Assembly (NCBI GenBank): GCA_965283845.1
Contig: CBDIQD010000014.1
Location: 13,416-77,415, forward strand
DNA from: Sphingomonadaceae bacterium
GTDB taxonomy: Bacteria > Pseudomonadota > Alphaproteobacteria > Sphingomonadales > Sphingomonadaceae
Direction: 5' to 3'
DNA length: 64,000 bases
The position numbers were made by a program, and so were the translations under genes. Within the stretch, counting starts at the first letter, position 1. Each line of letters begins with the position of its first letter. Below are positions 20,076 to 33,171 of this stretch, in pieces. The notes under the pieces are model-generated. The model was given only the letters and a program-made list of their open reading frames with translations, did not search any database and had not been told where the DNA came from.

Positions 20076-20159
20076 TCCGTTCGCATCGGGCGAAGTCGAG
20101 ATGCCCCTCGACGGTGCGCTGTTCGGATGGGTGTCTCGACTTCGCTCGACACGAACGGG
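20076..20159. repeat. Palindromic REP-like intergenic element
   Basis: Arms CCGTTCGCATCGGGCGAAGTCGAGATGCCC / GGGTGTCTCGACTTCGCTCGACACGAACGG. Confidence 0.7.
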
Positions 20160-20266
20160 ATAGAGGAGCGTTCGCAAAGCACGCTTCCGGCTCGCAAGCC
20201 GCGATCGTCCTTGTGCGCCGCGATGCGCGGTCCGTTTGAGGTCGCGCAAGTTCGGGAAAGTCGCTG

Positions 20267-20702
20267 ATGTCCGGTCTATTCACCTTCCTGCATCGTCGTC
20301 CAGGCCCTGGTGGCCGCGCTGATGATCGGCGTTATCCTGATGCAGAAGTCGGAAGGTGGCGGCCTGGGTGTCGGGGGCAGTCCCGCCGGTCTGTTGTCGG
20401 CCCGCGGCGCGGCAGATTTCATGACCCGCGCGACCACTGTGCTGGCGACGCTGTTCGTCGGCCTGTCGATCGTGCTGGCGGCGATGGCCTCGGTCGGCCG
20501 AAGCGGCTCGACCATCGACACCTCGCTGTCGAAAACGGCGCAGACGGGCGGCGCCGCATCTTCGTCGCTGACCGGTCCGGCGCAGCCCGGCACCGCCGCG
20601 CCCGCGGGCGACGATCCGCTGGCCGCAGCCGCAGCCGCCGCCGCGGCGACCCAGAATACTACCCCGGCGCCGGGTACGGACACTCCTCCCGCCAAGAAAT
20701 AA
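20267..20702 (+). CDS. secG: Preprotein translocase subunit SecG (frameshift near 20291)
   Basis: ILMQKSEGGGLG...SARGAADFMTRAT; between tpiA and pyrG. Confidence 0.92.
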
Positions 20703-20732
20703 CCGGCGGCTTCGGCCTCCCGAAACACCCGC

Positions 20733-20755
20733 CCGGCGGAAATATTTTCCGCCGG
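20733..20755. terminator. Hairpin between secG and pyrG
   Basis: CCGGCGGAA-ATATT-TTCCGCCGG. Confidence 0.4.
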
Positions 20756-20809
20756 AATCGATTCGACGGCTTGCGCCGTCCCCCTTCCGTTGAGTAGGTC
20801 TTTCCTCCC

Positions 20810-22436
20810 ATGGCGCGGTTCATTTTTATCACCGGCGGCGTGGTCTCCTCGCTTGGCAAAGGTTTGATGGCGGCTAGCCTCGCGGCTTTGTTGCAGGCGC
20901 GGGGTTACCGCGTCCGGATCCGGAAATTCGATCCCTATCTGAATGTCGATCCGGGCACGATGTCGCCCTATCAACATGGCGAAGTCTATGTGACCGACGA
21001 CGGCGCCGAAACCGACCTCGACCTGGGCCATTATGAACGCTTTACCGGGGTTGCGGCGCGGCAGAGCGACAATATCACCTCGGGCCGCATCTATCAGCAG
21101 ATCATCACCAAGGAACGCCGCGGCGATTACCTCGGCGCGACGGTGCAGGTCGTCCCGCACGTCACCGATGCGATCAAGGCGTTCGCGCGCGCCGAACTCG
21201 ACGATCTCGATTTCGTCCTGTGCGAAATCGGCGGCACGGTGGGCGATATCGAATCGCTGCCGTTCATCGAGGCGATCCGCCAGCTCCGCAACGAGGAAGG
21301 GCGCGACAAGACCTTGTCGGTCCATGTCACGCTGGTGCCCTATATCGCCGCGGCGGGCGAATTGAAGACCAAGCCGACGCAGCACAGCGTGCGCGAACTC
21401 GCCTCGCTCGGCGTTCAGCCCGAAATCCTGCTCTGTCGCTGCGAACGGCCGCTGCCCGAGGGTGAGCGCGCCAAGATCGCGCAATTCTGTAACGTGCGCA
21501 AAGAGGCGGTGATCCCGGCGCTCGACGCCGACAGCATCTATGCGGTGCCGGTGCAATATCATGGCGAAGGGCTGGACAATGAAGTGCTGCGGCATTTCGG
21601 CCTCGACGATGCGCCTGCACCCGACCTGTCGCGCTGGTACGACATCATGGACCGCAAGCAGCACCCCGAGGGCGAGGTCACCATCGGCGTCGTCGGCAAA
21701 TATGTTTCGTTGCCTGACGCCTATAAATCGCTGAACGAGGCGCTGGTCCATGGGGGCTGGCGCACCGGGTGAAGGTCAATATCCGCTGGCTCGACGCCGA
21801 GATGTTCGAGCGCGACGAGGATCTGGCCGCCAATCTCGAGCCGCTGCACGGTATCCTCGTGCCCGGCGGCTTCGGCGAGCGCGGCGTCGGAAGGCAAGAT
21901 CGCGAGCGTGCGATATTCGCCCGTGAGCGCGGTGTGCCGTTTTTGGCATCTGCCTGGGCATGCAAATGGCGTGCATCGAAGGGGCGCGAAACACGAGCGG
22001 CATCGCGGATGCGTCGAGCACCGAATTCGGTCGCACCGACGAGCCCGTCGTCGGCATGATCACCGAATGGATGAGCGCCGAAGGGCTGCAAAAGCGCGGT
22101 GCCGACACCGACTTGGGCGGCACGATGCGGCTGGGTGCTGCGAGCCGGCCGGCTCCGATGGATCGCGCAGCATGTACGGCGCGAACGACGATCAGCGAGC
22201 GCCATCGCCATCGTTATGAGGTCAACGGCGCGTACCGCGAGACCCTGGAAAAGGGCGGGCTGGTCTTTTCGGGCATGTCGCCCGATGGCATGTTGCCGGA
22301 AATCGTTGAGCGGCCCGATCATCCGTGGTTTATCGGGGTGCAGTTTCATCCGGAACTCAAATCGAAGCCGTTCGACCCGCACCCCTTGTTCGCGGGCTTT
22401 ATCGAAGCGGCGGTCAAGCAAAGCCGGCTGGTCTAG
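20810..22436 (+). CDS. pyrG: CTP synthase (several frameshifts 21755-22180)
   Basis: [56 protein letters not shown]. Confidence 0.96.
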
Positions 22437-22468
22437 GGCCGCGGCCCGCATAAAGGGATATCAGGGGC

Positions 22469-23152
22469 ATGGATCACGCGCGACTCGCCGAATTGCAGGG
22501 CCCTGACAGCATCTTTTCCGGTCTGGCGATCCAGGACTGGTCCGACATCGCCGGGCGCGCGGTGCAGGTGAATTTCACCAAGGGCAAAGAGATACTGAGC
22601 CAGGGCGAGGTCGGCGACAGCCTGTTGATCCTGACCGAGGGCACCGCGCGGGTATCGATGCTGACCCCGGGCGGGCGCGAAATCGTGCTGGCCTATGCCG
22701 AACCCGGCGCGGTGCTGGGCGAGATCGCGTTGCTCGACGGCGGCGAGCGCACCGCATCGGTGGTCGCGACCAGCGCCGGTGCCGCACTCCAGCTCGGCCG
22801 CAACGCGCTGCGCGACTTCGCCGCCAGCCATCCCGATTTTGCCTGGTCGCTGATGCAGCAACTGGCGCGGCGGCTGCGCACCGCCGACCAGACGATCGAA
22901 AGCGACCGCGCCTATGCGTCGGGCCCGCGGCTGGCGCGTTACCTGAAACGCCTGATTCGCAAGGATGTCGAAGCGTCGCACCGCGTCGAGCTGAGCCAGA
23001 CCGAACTCGGCAATTTCGCGGGGATGAGCCGCGAGCATATCAACCGCCAGCTGAAAAGCTGGGAGGAATCGGGGGTGATCTCCCTGGAGCAGGGGCGGGT
23101 GCGGGTGCTCGATACCGATATGTTGGAGGACATCAGCGAGAGCGAGGGGTAG
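22469..23152 (+). CDS. Crp/Fnr-family transcriptional regulator
   Basis: cNMP domain GEIALLDGGERTAS; HTH LSQTELGNFAGMSREHINR. Confidence 0.92.
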   Translation: MDHARLAELQGPDSIFSGLAIQDWSDIAGRAVQVNFTKGKEILSQGEVGDSLLILTEGTARVSMLTPGGREIVLAYAEPGAVLGEIALLDGGERTASVVATSAGAALQLGRNALRDFAASHPDFAWSLMQQLARRLRTADQTIESDRAYASGPRLARYLKRLIRKDVEASHRVELSQTELGNFAGMSREHINRQLKSWEESGVISLEQGRVRVLDTDMLEDISESEG

Positions 23153-23156
23153 GTAT

Positions 23157-23247
23157 TGTCGCCCCCGCGAAGGCGAGGGCCGCTGGAAGCTCTAGTCCGG
23201 CGTTGCCGCGTAAAACGACAGCGGCCCCCGCCTTCGCGGGGGCGACG
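23157..23247. repeat. CGTC-type REP dimer (family shared with 45742-45817)
   Basis: GTCGCCCCCGCGAAGGCG...CGCCTTCGCGGGGGCGAC inverted pair. Confidence 0.8.
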
Positions 23248-23259
23248 CTGTTCTTGCGG

Positions 23260-23433
23260 AGCACGACGCCCGGGCTTCGTTGCCGAAACCCGGGCGCCTG
23301 TGACGAACACTCGCCATCCCCCTTTGTTGCAAGCCCGGCGAAAGGCCTACACTCCCTGAAACCGGGCCTTGGGGCCGCTTGATCCAGAAGCAATGTCGGT
23401 AGGTCGAAGGGGGCGCTTTGTCACCCTCTGGCG
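23260..23433 (-). ncRNA. Candidate small RNA, alpha-r9-like
   Basis: Non-coding gap divergent from lolC; minus-strand motifs GAGGGTG, CCTACC, TTTCAGGGAGTGTAGG; strong 3' hairpin at 23265-23298. Confidence 0.45.
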
Positions 23434-23597
23434 GCGTCCGCGCGGTCCTTTTGGCGTCAGCTGTGGCCTATCGGCAACATATTCTGCGACTCTTTCGCAA
23501 AGACGCCGATGCCCGCGCCCATTGCCAGCGCAGTCGGCGACCCTTAAAGCGGCCACATGCATGCCGTATTCCATGCCCCGCAAAGGCCCATCACCCC

Positions 23598-24840
23598 ATG
23601 ATCCTGCGTCCTTACGAACGCACCATCTTCAAACGCTATATGCTTCCGCAGCGCGGCGAAGGGTTCATCTTCGTCGCCGCGGCGTTCAGCTTTACCGCGG
23701 TGACCCTGGGCGTCGCGGCGCTGGTGATCGTGATGAGCGTGATGAACGGCGTGCGCGCCGATCTGTTCGACAAGATCGTCGGGCTCAACGGCCATGCGGT
23801 CGTCCAGGGGTTCGGCGGGCGGATCGACAATTGGCAGGACGTCATGAAGCAGGCGAAGGCGACGCCGGGCGTCGTTTCGGCCACGCCGCTGATCGAACAG
23901 CCGTTGCTCGGCACCTTCAGCGGGCGCGTCGAGGGGATTTTGGTGCGCGGCATGCTGGTGCCCGATATCCGCAAGAACGAGACACTGAACGCCAAGGTGT
24001 TGCAGGGCAGCCTGACCACGCTGACCCCCGGATCGGGTAATATCGCGATCGGCAGCGAACTGGCGCGCAATCTGGGGGCGACCGTCGGGTCGAACCTGAC
24101 GATCATCAATCCCGCCGGCCGGTCGACGCCGTTCGGCACGGTGCCGCGCGAAATCAGTTATCGCATATCGGCGATTTTCGAGATCGGTGTTTACGATTTC
24201 GACAAGGCCTATGTCGTCATGCCGATGGAGGACGCGCAGCTGTTGCTGCTGACCGGCGATCAGGTTCAGATGATCGAGATCAAGACGACCGACCCCGACC
24301 AGGTCGGCGAGATATTGAAGCCGCTGGCCGAAAAAGTCGCGGCGCAGGCGGTGATTTCGGACTGGCGATCGATGAACAGCAGCCTGTTCGAAGCGCTGTC
24401 GGTCGAGCGCGTCGCGATGTTCGTCATCCTGTCGCTAATCGTGCTGGTCGCGGCGTTCAACATCGTGTCGTCGCTGATCATGCTGGTGCGCGCGAAGACC
24501 CGCGACATGGCGATCCTGCGCACGATGGGGGCGCCGCGCGACGCGGTGCTGCGCATCTTCATGGCGATCGGCCTGTCGATCGGGATCGCGGGGACGGTGA
24601 TGGGCATGGTGTTCGGGTTCGGGCTGCTCTATTTCCGCGCCGGAGTGCTCCGCGGCGTCGAGTTCCTGACCGGTCAGCCGCTCTGGGATCCGTCGATCCG
24701 TTTCCTGACCGAATTGCCGTCGAAACCCGATCCGTTCGAGATCACCGGCATCGCGCTGATGGCGGTGGTGTTCAGCTTCCTTGCGACGCTCTATCCCGCG
24801 TTCAAGGCGGCGAACACCGATCCGGTGCAGGTGCTGCGGT

Positions 24841-24848
<8 letters not shown>
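23598..24848 (+). CDS. lolC: Lipoprotein-releasing ABC transporter permease LolC/E
   Basis: LGVAALVIVMSVMNG, VAAFNIVSSLIMLV, ILRTMGA, DPVQVLRYE. Confidence 0.93.
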
Positions 24849-25517
<669 letters not shown>

Positions 25518-25540
25518 GCTGCGGCCTTTATCGACAGGGG

Positions 25541-26023
25541 ATGAACATGGCTCTTTACGATCTTTCGGCGCCGCTGCCCGGCGGGGCCAGCAAATCGATG
25601 GCGGATTATCGCGGCAAGGTGCTGCTGATCGTCAACACCGCCAGCGCCTGCGGCTTCACCCCGCAATATGAGGGGTTGGAGGCGCTGTACCGCGATTACA
25701 GGGATCGCGGGCTCGAGATATTGGCCTTTCCATGCAACCAGTTCGGGGCGCAGGAGCCGGGCGATGCAGACGAGATCGCGAACTTCTGTTCGCTGACCTA
25801 TGACGTCAGCTTTCCCGTGATGGCCAAGATCGACGTCAATGGCGACGATGCCGATCCGATCTTCAAACATCTGAAGAAGGAACAGACCGGGTTGCTGGGC
25901 AGCGGGATCAAGTGGAATTTCACCAAATTCCTGGTCGACCGCGACGGCAAGGTGGTGTCGCGCCACGCGCCGACGACCAAGCCCGAGCAGTTGCGCAAAG
26001 AGATCGAGGAATTGCTGGGTTAG
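25541..26023 (+). CDS. Glutathione peroxidase
   Basis: VNTASACGFTPQY, LAFPCNQFG, IKWNFTKFLVD. Confidence 0.95.
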   Translation: MNMALYDLSAPLPGGASKSMADYRGKVLLIVNTASACGFTPQYEGLEALYRDYRDRGLEILAFPCNQFGAQEPGDADEIANFCSLTYDVSFPVMAKIDVNGDDADPIFKHLKKEQTGLLGSGIKWNFTKFLVDRDGKVVSRHAPTTKPEQLRKEIEELLG

Positions 26024-26035
26024 TTTCGAAAATCC

Positions 26036-26120
26036 CGTCATTGCGAGCGAAGCGAAGCAATCCCAGGGCGGATTACGCCACTCTGGATTGCCGCGTCGCC
26101 TTCGGCTCCTCGCAATGACG
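26036..26120. repeat. CGTC-type REP dimer (family shared with 43067-43143)
   Basis: CGTCATTGCGAGCGAAGCGAAGCAATCC...GGATTGC...CTCGCAATGACG. Confidence 0.85.
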
Positions 26121-26175
26121 TTTTTGTGAATCGAAATGATGGTCGAATCACCCGGGGGGCGTTAGCGTTCCCGTC

Positions 26176-29100
26176 ATGGCCTACAGCCCCTTTGTCCCCC
26201 TGCGCGTCTTTTCTAGCTACACCATGCTCGAAGGGGCGATCGAGCCGAAAGCGATTGCCAAAGCGGCGCGCGACCGCGGGTTTCCGGCAATCGCGATCTG
26301 CGACCGCAATGGGCTGTATGGGGCGATCCGGCAGGACCGATGACAAGGCGGCGGATGCAGCCGATCGTCGGCGCGCTGGTCAGCGATCGGCAGCCGAGTC
26401 CAGCGCTTGCCCAGCGGCGCGCCGCTGATCGACTGGCTGGCGCTCTATGCGCAGGACGATGCGGGATATGGCAATCTGTGCGCGCTGGTGTCGGCGGCGC
26501 ACCTCGACCGCCCGATCGAGCAGGATCCGCACATCAGCCTGTCCGACCTGGCGGGCAAGAGCGACGGGCTGATCTGCCTGACCGGCGGCGGTGAGGGCGC
26601 GCTGGCGCGGCTGCTCGCGGGCGAGCAGGTGACCGCGGCGAACGATTATGTCGAACAGTTGGAAGCGTTGTTCGCTGGCCGGCTGTATATCGAACTGGCG
26701 CGGCGCGGCGAGGCGGTCGAGATCGCGGCCGAAAAAGCGCTGATCGATCTGGCCTATGCGCGCGCGCTGCCGTTGGTGGCGACCAATCCCGCGAGTTTCG
26801 TCGAGCCCGAATTCCACCCAGCGCATGACGCGATGCTTTGCATCGCGCAGTCGGCCTATGTCGAAAGCGAGGACCGGCGCGTCAGCAGTCCCGAGGCATG
26901 GCTGAAGCCCGCCGAGGCGATGGAGGATGCGTTTTCGGACCTGCCGGAGGCGATGCGCAACAGCCTGGTCATCGCGCAGCGCTGCGCGTTCATGGCGCCG
27001 AACCGCGCCCCGATTGGCCTGCCCAGCCTGGCAGGCGACCGCGAAGCCGAAGCGGAGCAATTGGCGCGTGACGCCCGCGACGGACTCGACGCGCGGCTCG
27101 CCCTGTATCCCGACCTGTCCGACGACGAGCGTCAGACCTATGTCGAGCGGCTGGACTTCGAAGTCGGGGTCATCGCGCAGATGGGCTTTCCCGGATACTT
27201 CCTGATCGTTGCCGACTTCATCAAATGGGCCAAGGCGCATGACATTCCGGTCGGGCCGGGGCGCGGTTCGGGCGCGGGCAGCGTCGTCGCGTGGGCGCTG
27301 ACGATCACCGACCTCGATCCGCTCAAGCTCGGGCTGCTGTTCGAACGCTTCCTCAATCCCGAACGCGTGTCGATGCCCGATTTCGACATCGACTTTTGCG
27401 AAACGCGGCGCGGCGAAGTCATTCGCTATGTGCAGGAAAAATACGGCCGCGACACCGTCGCCCAGATCATCACCTTCGGTAAGCTGAAAGCGCGCGCGGT
27501 GCTCAAGGACACCGGGCGTGTGCTGCAGATGAGCTATGGCCAAGTCGACCGGCTCGCCAAGCTGGTGCCCAATCATCCGACCGATCCGTGGACGCTGGAA
27601 CGCGCATTGAATGGCGTGTCCGAGCTGATGACCGAATATAAGCAGGACGACGGGGTGCGGCGCCTGTTCGACATGGCGCGTCAGCTGGAAGGTCTGCCGC
27701 GCCACAGCTCGACCCACGCCGCGGGCGTGGTGATCGGCGACCGTCCGCTCGATCAGCTTGTGCCGCTGTACTGCGACCCGCGGTCGGACATGCCGGTAAC
27801 CCAGTTCGATATGAAATATGTCGAGAGCGCGGGACTGGTGAAGTTCGACTTCTTGGGCCTCAAGACGCTGTCGGTGTTGAAGGAAGCCGGACGACTGCTG
27901 GCGCTGCGCGGGATCGACGTCAACCTCGACACGGTCGCGTGGGACGATCCGGCGGTGTATGAATTGCTGCAGCGCGGCGAGACGGTCGGGGTGTTCCAGC
28001 TGGAATCCCAGGGCATGCGCGCACACCGTCACCGCGCTGACGACGACCGGTTTCGGCGACATCATCGCGCTCGTCGCGTTGTATCGCCCGGGGCCGATGG
28101 ACAATATCCCGCTGTTCGGTGCGCGCAAGAACGGGCGCGAGGCGATCGCCTATCCGCACCCGCTGCTCGAGCAGATTCTCGCCGAAACCTATGGCGTGTT
28201 CGTCTATCAGGAACAGGTGATGCAGGCGGCGCAGATCCTGGCCGGCTACAGCCTGGGCGGCGCCGATTTGCTGCGCCGCGCGATGGGCAAAAAGGTTCAG
28301 GCCGAAATGGATGCGCAGCGCGGAACGTTCGTTGCGGGCTGCGCGGAGCATAACGGCATCGATGCCAAGAAGGCGAACGAGCTATTCGATTTGATCGACA
28401 AGTTCGCGGGCTATGGCTTCAACAAGAGCCATGCCGCTGCCTATGCCTTGCTCGCCTATCAGACCGCGTGGCTGAAGGCGCATCATCCGCATGAATTTTT
28501 TGCGGCGTCGATGTCGTTCGACAATCATCAGACCGATAAATTGTCGATTTTCATCGACGATATGCGGCGGCTCGGCATCGCGGTCGCGCCGCCGTCGGTC
28601 AACGACAGCGAAGCCGATTTCTCGGTGGGGCACAGCGATGAAGGTCTGACGGTGCGTTATGCGCTCGGGGCGCTGAAGGGCGTCGGCGAGAAGGCGATGG
28701 AGGTGCTGGTCGCCGAACGGCAGACGAAAGGCGATTTCGCGAGCCTCGACGATTTTGCCGCGCGCATCGATCCCAAACAGCTCAACCGGCGCCAGATCGA
28801 AGCGCTGGCGGGGGCGGGCGCTTTCGATGGCGTCGAGGCCGACCGGCCGCGCGCGTTTGCCGGGGCGGAAAGCCTGCTCGCCTGTGCCAATGCGTCGGCG
28901 CACGAACGGTCGACGGGGCAGGGCGGGCTATTCGGCGGCGATGTCGACGTCGCGCCGGTGCTGCAATTGCCCGCCGCCGAGCCGTGGACGCTCGCGGAAC
29001 GGATGACGCGCGAAAAGGACGCGTTCGGCTTTTACTTCTCGTCGCACCCGGTCGAACAATATGAAGCGATCGTCGCGGCGCGCGGCGCGCGCACTTACGG

Positions 29101-29672
29101 GGACATCTGCACCCAGGTCGAAATGTCGCCCGGGACCCGCATCCCGATGACGATGGCGGGGATGGTCGAAAGCGCCAAGGCGCGAGTGTCGCAGCGCGGC
29201 AACCGGTTCCTGAATTTGACGCTGTCCGACCGCAGCGGGCAGTTTCAGTCGAGCTGTTTCGACGAGCAGGCGAGCAAGATCCTCGAAACGCTGGCGGCGA
29301 CGGGCGGCTGTGCGATCCTGGCGGTCGAACTCGACCTGCTGGAGGGCGAAGAAACGCCGCGGGTCACGGTGCGCGGGGCGCAGCCGCTGGCCGACATTGC
29401 GGCGACCGCGGCGCTGGAGCTGACGTGCCGCGTCGCATTGCCCGGCGCGATCGACGAGATGGTATGGCTGTCGGAGCGCCGTTACCGTCGCGCGGACGGG
29501 TGTTCGTCGTCACCGAGGATCCCGACACCGGCGACGAGCTTCGCATCACGCTCGGCAACCGGTTCGCGCTGGGTCCCGACGTCGTCGCGCGGTTCGAAAC
29601 GGTTGCGGGGATCACCGAAACGACGCTGTCGCTGTTCACCCCCGACCGCGACTTGTTCGGGTGCGAGGATAA
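26176..29672 (+). CDS. dnaE: DNA polymerase III alpha subunit (several frameshifts)
   Basis: MAYSPFVPLRVFSSYTMLEGA PHP start; GPGRGSGAGS, ERVSMPDFDIDF, KFDFLGL, ALYRPGP, FAGYGFNKSH; OB fold. Confidence 0.95.
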
Positions 29673-29677
29673 CCGTG

Positions 29678-29812
29678 ATCCTCCCTGTCGCGCAGCGATG
29701 GGGAGGTGGCAGCGCGAAGCGCTGACGGAGGGGCATTGGCGCAAGCGTTGCCGCCCCTCCACCATTCGCTTCGCGGACGGTCCCCCTCCCCATGGCTTCG
29801 CCACAGGGAGGA
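29678..29812. repeat. Composite palindromic intergenic repeat
   Basis: TCCTCCCTGT...GGGGAGG...GGAGGGG / CCCCTCC...CCTCCCC...ACAGGGAGGA nested inverted arms. Confidence 0.7.
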
Positions 29813-29901
29813 ATGGGTGGGCATCACTGTTAAAGGTTGGCCCTTGCGTCCGTGGCGTCCCTCACCCTATTCTTCGAAAAAAGATGAGAGGAATGCCGAA
29901 G

Positions 29902-31509
29902 ATGTCCGGAATGCAAGGCCAGCCTTTACTGGTGACCAGCCTGATCGATCATGCCGCGCGCGAGCATGCGGGGCGCGAAATCGTCTCGCGCTGGGCCGAT
30001 GGCAGCGTGACCCGATCGACCTGGGGCGAGGTGGGGCTTGATGCGCGCCGCTTTGCCGCGGCGATGGTGAAACTGGGGCTGCAAAAAGGCGACCGCATCG
30101 CGACGCTGGCGATGAACCACGGGCATCATCTGGTCAGCTGGTATGGCAGCGCCGGCATCGGCGGGGTGCTGCACACGGTCAACCCGCGGCTGTTCGACGA
30201 GCAGCTGGTGTATATCATCAACCATGCCGAAGACCGGGTGCTGTTGGTCGACGCGATGTTCCTGCCGATCGTCGAGCGATTGCGCGACCAGTTGCCGACG
30301 GTCGAGCATTTCATCCTGTTCGATGCGCCGGCGCAGGACGGCTATCTGTCGTATCGCGACCTGATCGATGCCGAGGATGGCAGTTTCGAATGGGTCGAAC
30401 TCGACGAGCGCGACCCGGTCGGACTTTGTTATACCAGCGGCACCACGGGAAATCCCAAAGGGGTGCTGTACGAACATCGGTCGAACGTGATCCACGCGAT
30501 CACCGAAATTCAGCCCGATGTGTTCGACATGGCGAACCGCAGCGTCATCCTGCCGATTGTGCCGATGTTTCATGCCAACAGCTGGGGAATACCCTTTGCG
30601 GCGGCGACGGTGGGCGCCAAGCTGGTGTTTTCCGCCACCAACGATGCCGCGGTGCTGTGCGACCTGATGCATCAGGAAGGCGTGACGCACAGCGCCGGGG
30701 TGCCGACGGTGTGGATCGCGATGTTCGCGCATATGGACGCGACGGGCATCGGTTATGGCAAGCTGCACCGCGTCATCATCGGCGGGTCGGCGTGTCCGCG
30801 CGCGATGATCGAACGGTTCATGAAAGCGGGGATCGACGTCGGCCATGCGTGGGGCATGACCGAGACGAGCCCGATCGGCACGATGGGCAAGCGGCCGTGG
30901 AACTGGGACGAGATGAGTTTCGACGACCGCGTCGATGTCGTCGCGCGTCAGGGTTGCCCGCCGTTCGGGGTCGAGTTGCGCATCGTCGATGATGAGGACA
31001 ATGTCCTGCCGCGCGACGGCGAGACGAGCGGGCGGCTGCAATGCCGCGGGCCGTGGATCATCCAGCGCTATTTCAAGGCCGACAGCGATGCCGCCGACGC
31101 CGATGGCTGGTTCGACACCGGCGACGTGTCGGTGATCCACCCCGACGGAGTGATGCAGATCACCGACCGTGCGAAGGATGTGATCAAATCGGGCGGTGAA
31201 TGGATCAGCTCGATCGAGCTGGAAAATGCCGCGGTCGGCGCGCCGGGGGTGCAGGAAGCGGCAGCGGTCGGGGTCTATCACCCAAAATGGGACGAGCGGC
31301 CGATCCTGTTGATCGTACGGAAACCGGGCGCCGAGGTCAGCGAGGCGAGCATCGTCGATTATCTGAAGGACAAGATCGCCAAATGGTGGCTGCCCGACGA
31401 GGTCGTGTTCGTCGACGAATTGCCGCACACCGCGACGGGGAAGATTTTGAAGCGCCAGATCCGGGACGACTATAAGGATTATAAGTTGAAGTCGCTGGTT
31501 GACGCCTAA
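29902..31509 (+). CDS. Long-chain fatty acid--CoA ligase (AlkK/DmdB-like)
   Basis: [44 protein letters not shown]. Confidence 0.92.
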   Translation: MSGMQGQPLLVTSLIDHAAREHAGREIVSRWADGSVTRSTWGEVGLDARRFAAAMVKLGLQKGDRIATLAMNHGHHLVSWYGSAGIGGVLHTVNPRLFDEQLVYIINHAEDRVLLVDAMFLPIVERLRDQLPTVEHFILFDAPAQDGYLSYRDLIDAEDGSFEWVELDERDPVGLCYTSGTTGNPKGVLYEHRSNVIHAITEIQPDVFDMANRSVILPIVPMFHANSWGIPFAAATVGAKLVFSATNDAAVLCDLMHQEGVTHSAGVPTVWIAMFAHMDATGIGYGKLHRVIIGGSACPRAMIERFMKAGIDVGHAWGMTETSPIGTMGKRPWNWDEMSFDDRVDVVARQGCPPFGVELRIVDDEDNVLPRDGETSGRLQCRGPWIIQRYFKADSDAADADGWFDTGDVSVIHPDGVMQITDRAKDVIKSGGEWISSIELENAAVGAPGVQEAAAVGVYHPKWDERPILLIVRKPGAEVSEASIVDYLKDKIAKWWLPDEVVFVDELPHTATGKILKRQIRDDYKDYKLKSLVDA

Positions 31510-32592
31510 AACAGCTCCATCTGGCCGTCTCTCTCCGGCGGCTTGAACAAATCCGAGCGGAGCGGTGGGAAGCTGTTGTCCATGCCATGCGCCCGCGCGG
31601 CGCGTTTGACGCGGGTGCGGATCAGCTCGGCCCACACGCCTTGGCCTTTCATCCGGGTGAAGAAGCCGGGATCGTTGTCGCGGCCGCCGCGGATGTCCTG
31701 GACCATATGCATCACCTTGTCGGCGCGGTCGGGGTAATGCGCGGCGAGCCAGGCGCGGAACAACGGCGCGACCTCGTGCGGCAGGCGCATCAATATGTAA
31801 GATGCGCGGATCGCGCCGACCTCGGCGGCGGCGGCCATGATCGCCTCGATCTCGTGATCGGTGATCGCGGGGATGATCGGCGAGATATTGACCTGGGTCG
31901 GCACGCCAGCGTCGATAAGCTTGCGGATCGCCGCGAGCCGGCGGCGCGGGTGCGGCGCCCGGGGTTCGAGGGTGCGGGCAACCCGCGGATCGAGCGTGGT
32001 GACCGAAATCGCCACCCCGACCAGATTGTCGCGCGCCATATCGGCGAGCAGGTCGATGTCGCGCAGCAGCCGGTCGGATTTGGTGGTGATGATCAGCGGG
32101 TGCCGCGTTTCGGCAAGCACCTCGATCACCGATCGGGTAATCCCCCATTTATGCTCGATCGGTTGGTAGCGGATCGGTGTTGGTGCCGATCGCGATCGGC
32201 GCGGCGGTGTAATTGCGCTTCGCCAATTCGGCGCGGAGCAGCTTGGCGGCATCGGGTTTGGCGAACAGTCTGCTTTCGAAATCGAGGCCCGGAGACAAGT
32301 CGTGAAACGCATGGGTAGGCCGCGCGAAGCAATAGATGCAGCCATGCTCGCAGCCGCGATAGGGATTGATCGAGCGATCGAACCCGATGTCGGGCGATTT
32401 GTTGCGCGAAATGATGGTCTTGGGATGCTCGACGGTGACTATTGTGCGCAGCGGCGGCGCGCCGTCGATGGCTTCGGCCGTGTCGAGCCAGTCGCCGTCG
32501 GCGACGCGCTCGGCCGATCCGGTGCGGGTGGGGCGATGGTTGGTCGGCGCGCCACGGCCTGAAATCGGGGGGAGGGGCTTGGTTGATTCCAC
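31506..32592 (-). CDS. PA0069-family radical SAM protein (frameshift near 32170)
   Basis: SINPYRGCEHGCIYCFARPTH (CxxxCxxC), GTNTDP/YQPIE, C-terminal QMELF. Confidence 0.9.
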
Positions 32593-32639
32593 CGGTGAAG
32601 GATATCGTGCCGATGAGAACAAATAAAGAACAAAACCGC

Positions 32640-33162
32640 CTATTCCATCAACCGCGGCATCAACTCGACGAAATTGCAGGGCTTGTGCCGGCTGTCGAGT
32701 TGAGTCGAAAGTATGCCTTCCCAAGCGTCGGTCACCGCGCCGGTCGAGCCGGGCAACGCGAAGATATAGGTGCCGCGCGCGACGACGGCGCAGGCGCGCG
32801 ACTGGATCGTCGAGGTGCCGATCGTCTGGTAGCTGAGCCAGCGGAACAGCTCGCCGAACCCCGGGATGTCCTGTGCCGAGCCGGTGCAGCGCCTCGGGCG
32901 TCACGTCGCGGCCGGTCAGGCCGGTGCCGCCGGTGGTGATGACGACATCGACGTCGGGGTCATCGATCCAGTTGTGGAGGCGCGAGACGATCAGGTCGGT
33001 CTCGTCCTTGATGATCGCGCGCGCGGCCAACATATGACCGGCATCGGTCAGCAGCTCTTCCAGTTTGTCGCCCGACCGGTCCTCCGCCGCGCTGCGGCTG
33101 TCCGAAATCGTCAGCAGCGCGATACGGACGGGTTTGAACGCGAGGCTGTCGTCAATCGGCAT
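32640..33162 (-). CDS. moaB: Molybdenum cofactor biosynthesis protein B (frameshifted)
   Basis: [26 protein letters not shown], then FALPGSTGA...[11 protein letters not shown] in the shifted frame. Confidence 0.9.
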
Positions 33163-33171
33163 TGGGCGCGA

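Noticed and set aside
23260..23433. 6S RNA, SRP RNA or tmRNA
   Set aside because: Lacks the SRP GGAAGGAAGCAG loop, tRNA-like ends and the 6S features I would expect
26036..26120. CRISPR repeats
   Set aside because: Isolated inverted dimers, not regularly spaced direct repeats; no cas genes
26176..29672. Split dnaE (intein or programmed frameshift)
   Set aside because: No intein motifs; the breaks match the window-wide indel noise
29425..31509. 694-aa DnaE-tail/acyl-CoA ligase fusion
   Set aside because: Chance read-through from the frameshifted dnaE end across a palindromic repeat
32149..33162. MoaB-radical SAM fusion
   Set aside because: Frameshift artefact; moaB stops at 32640 and the radical SAM gene starts near 32592
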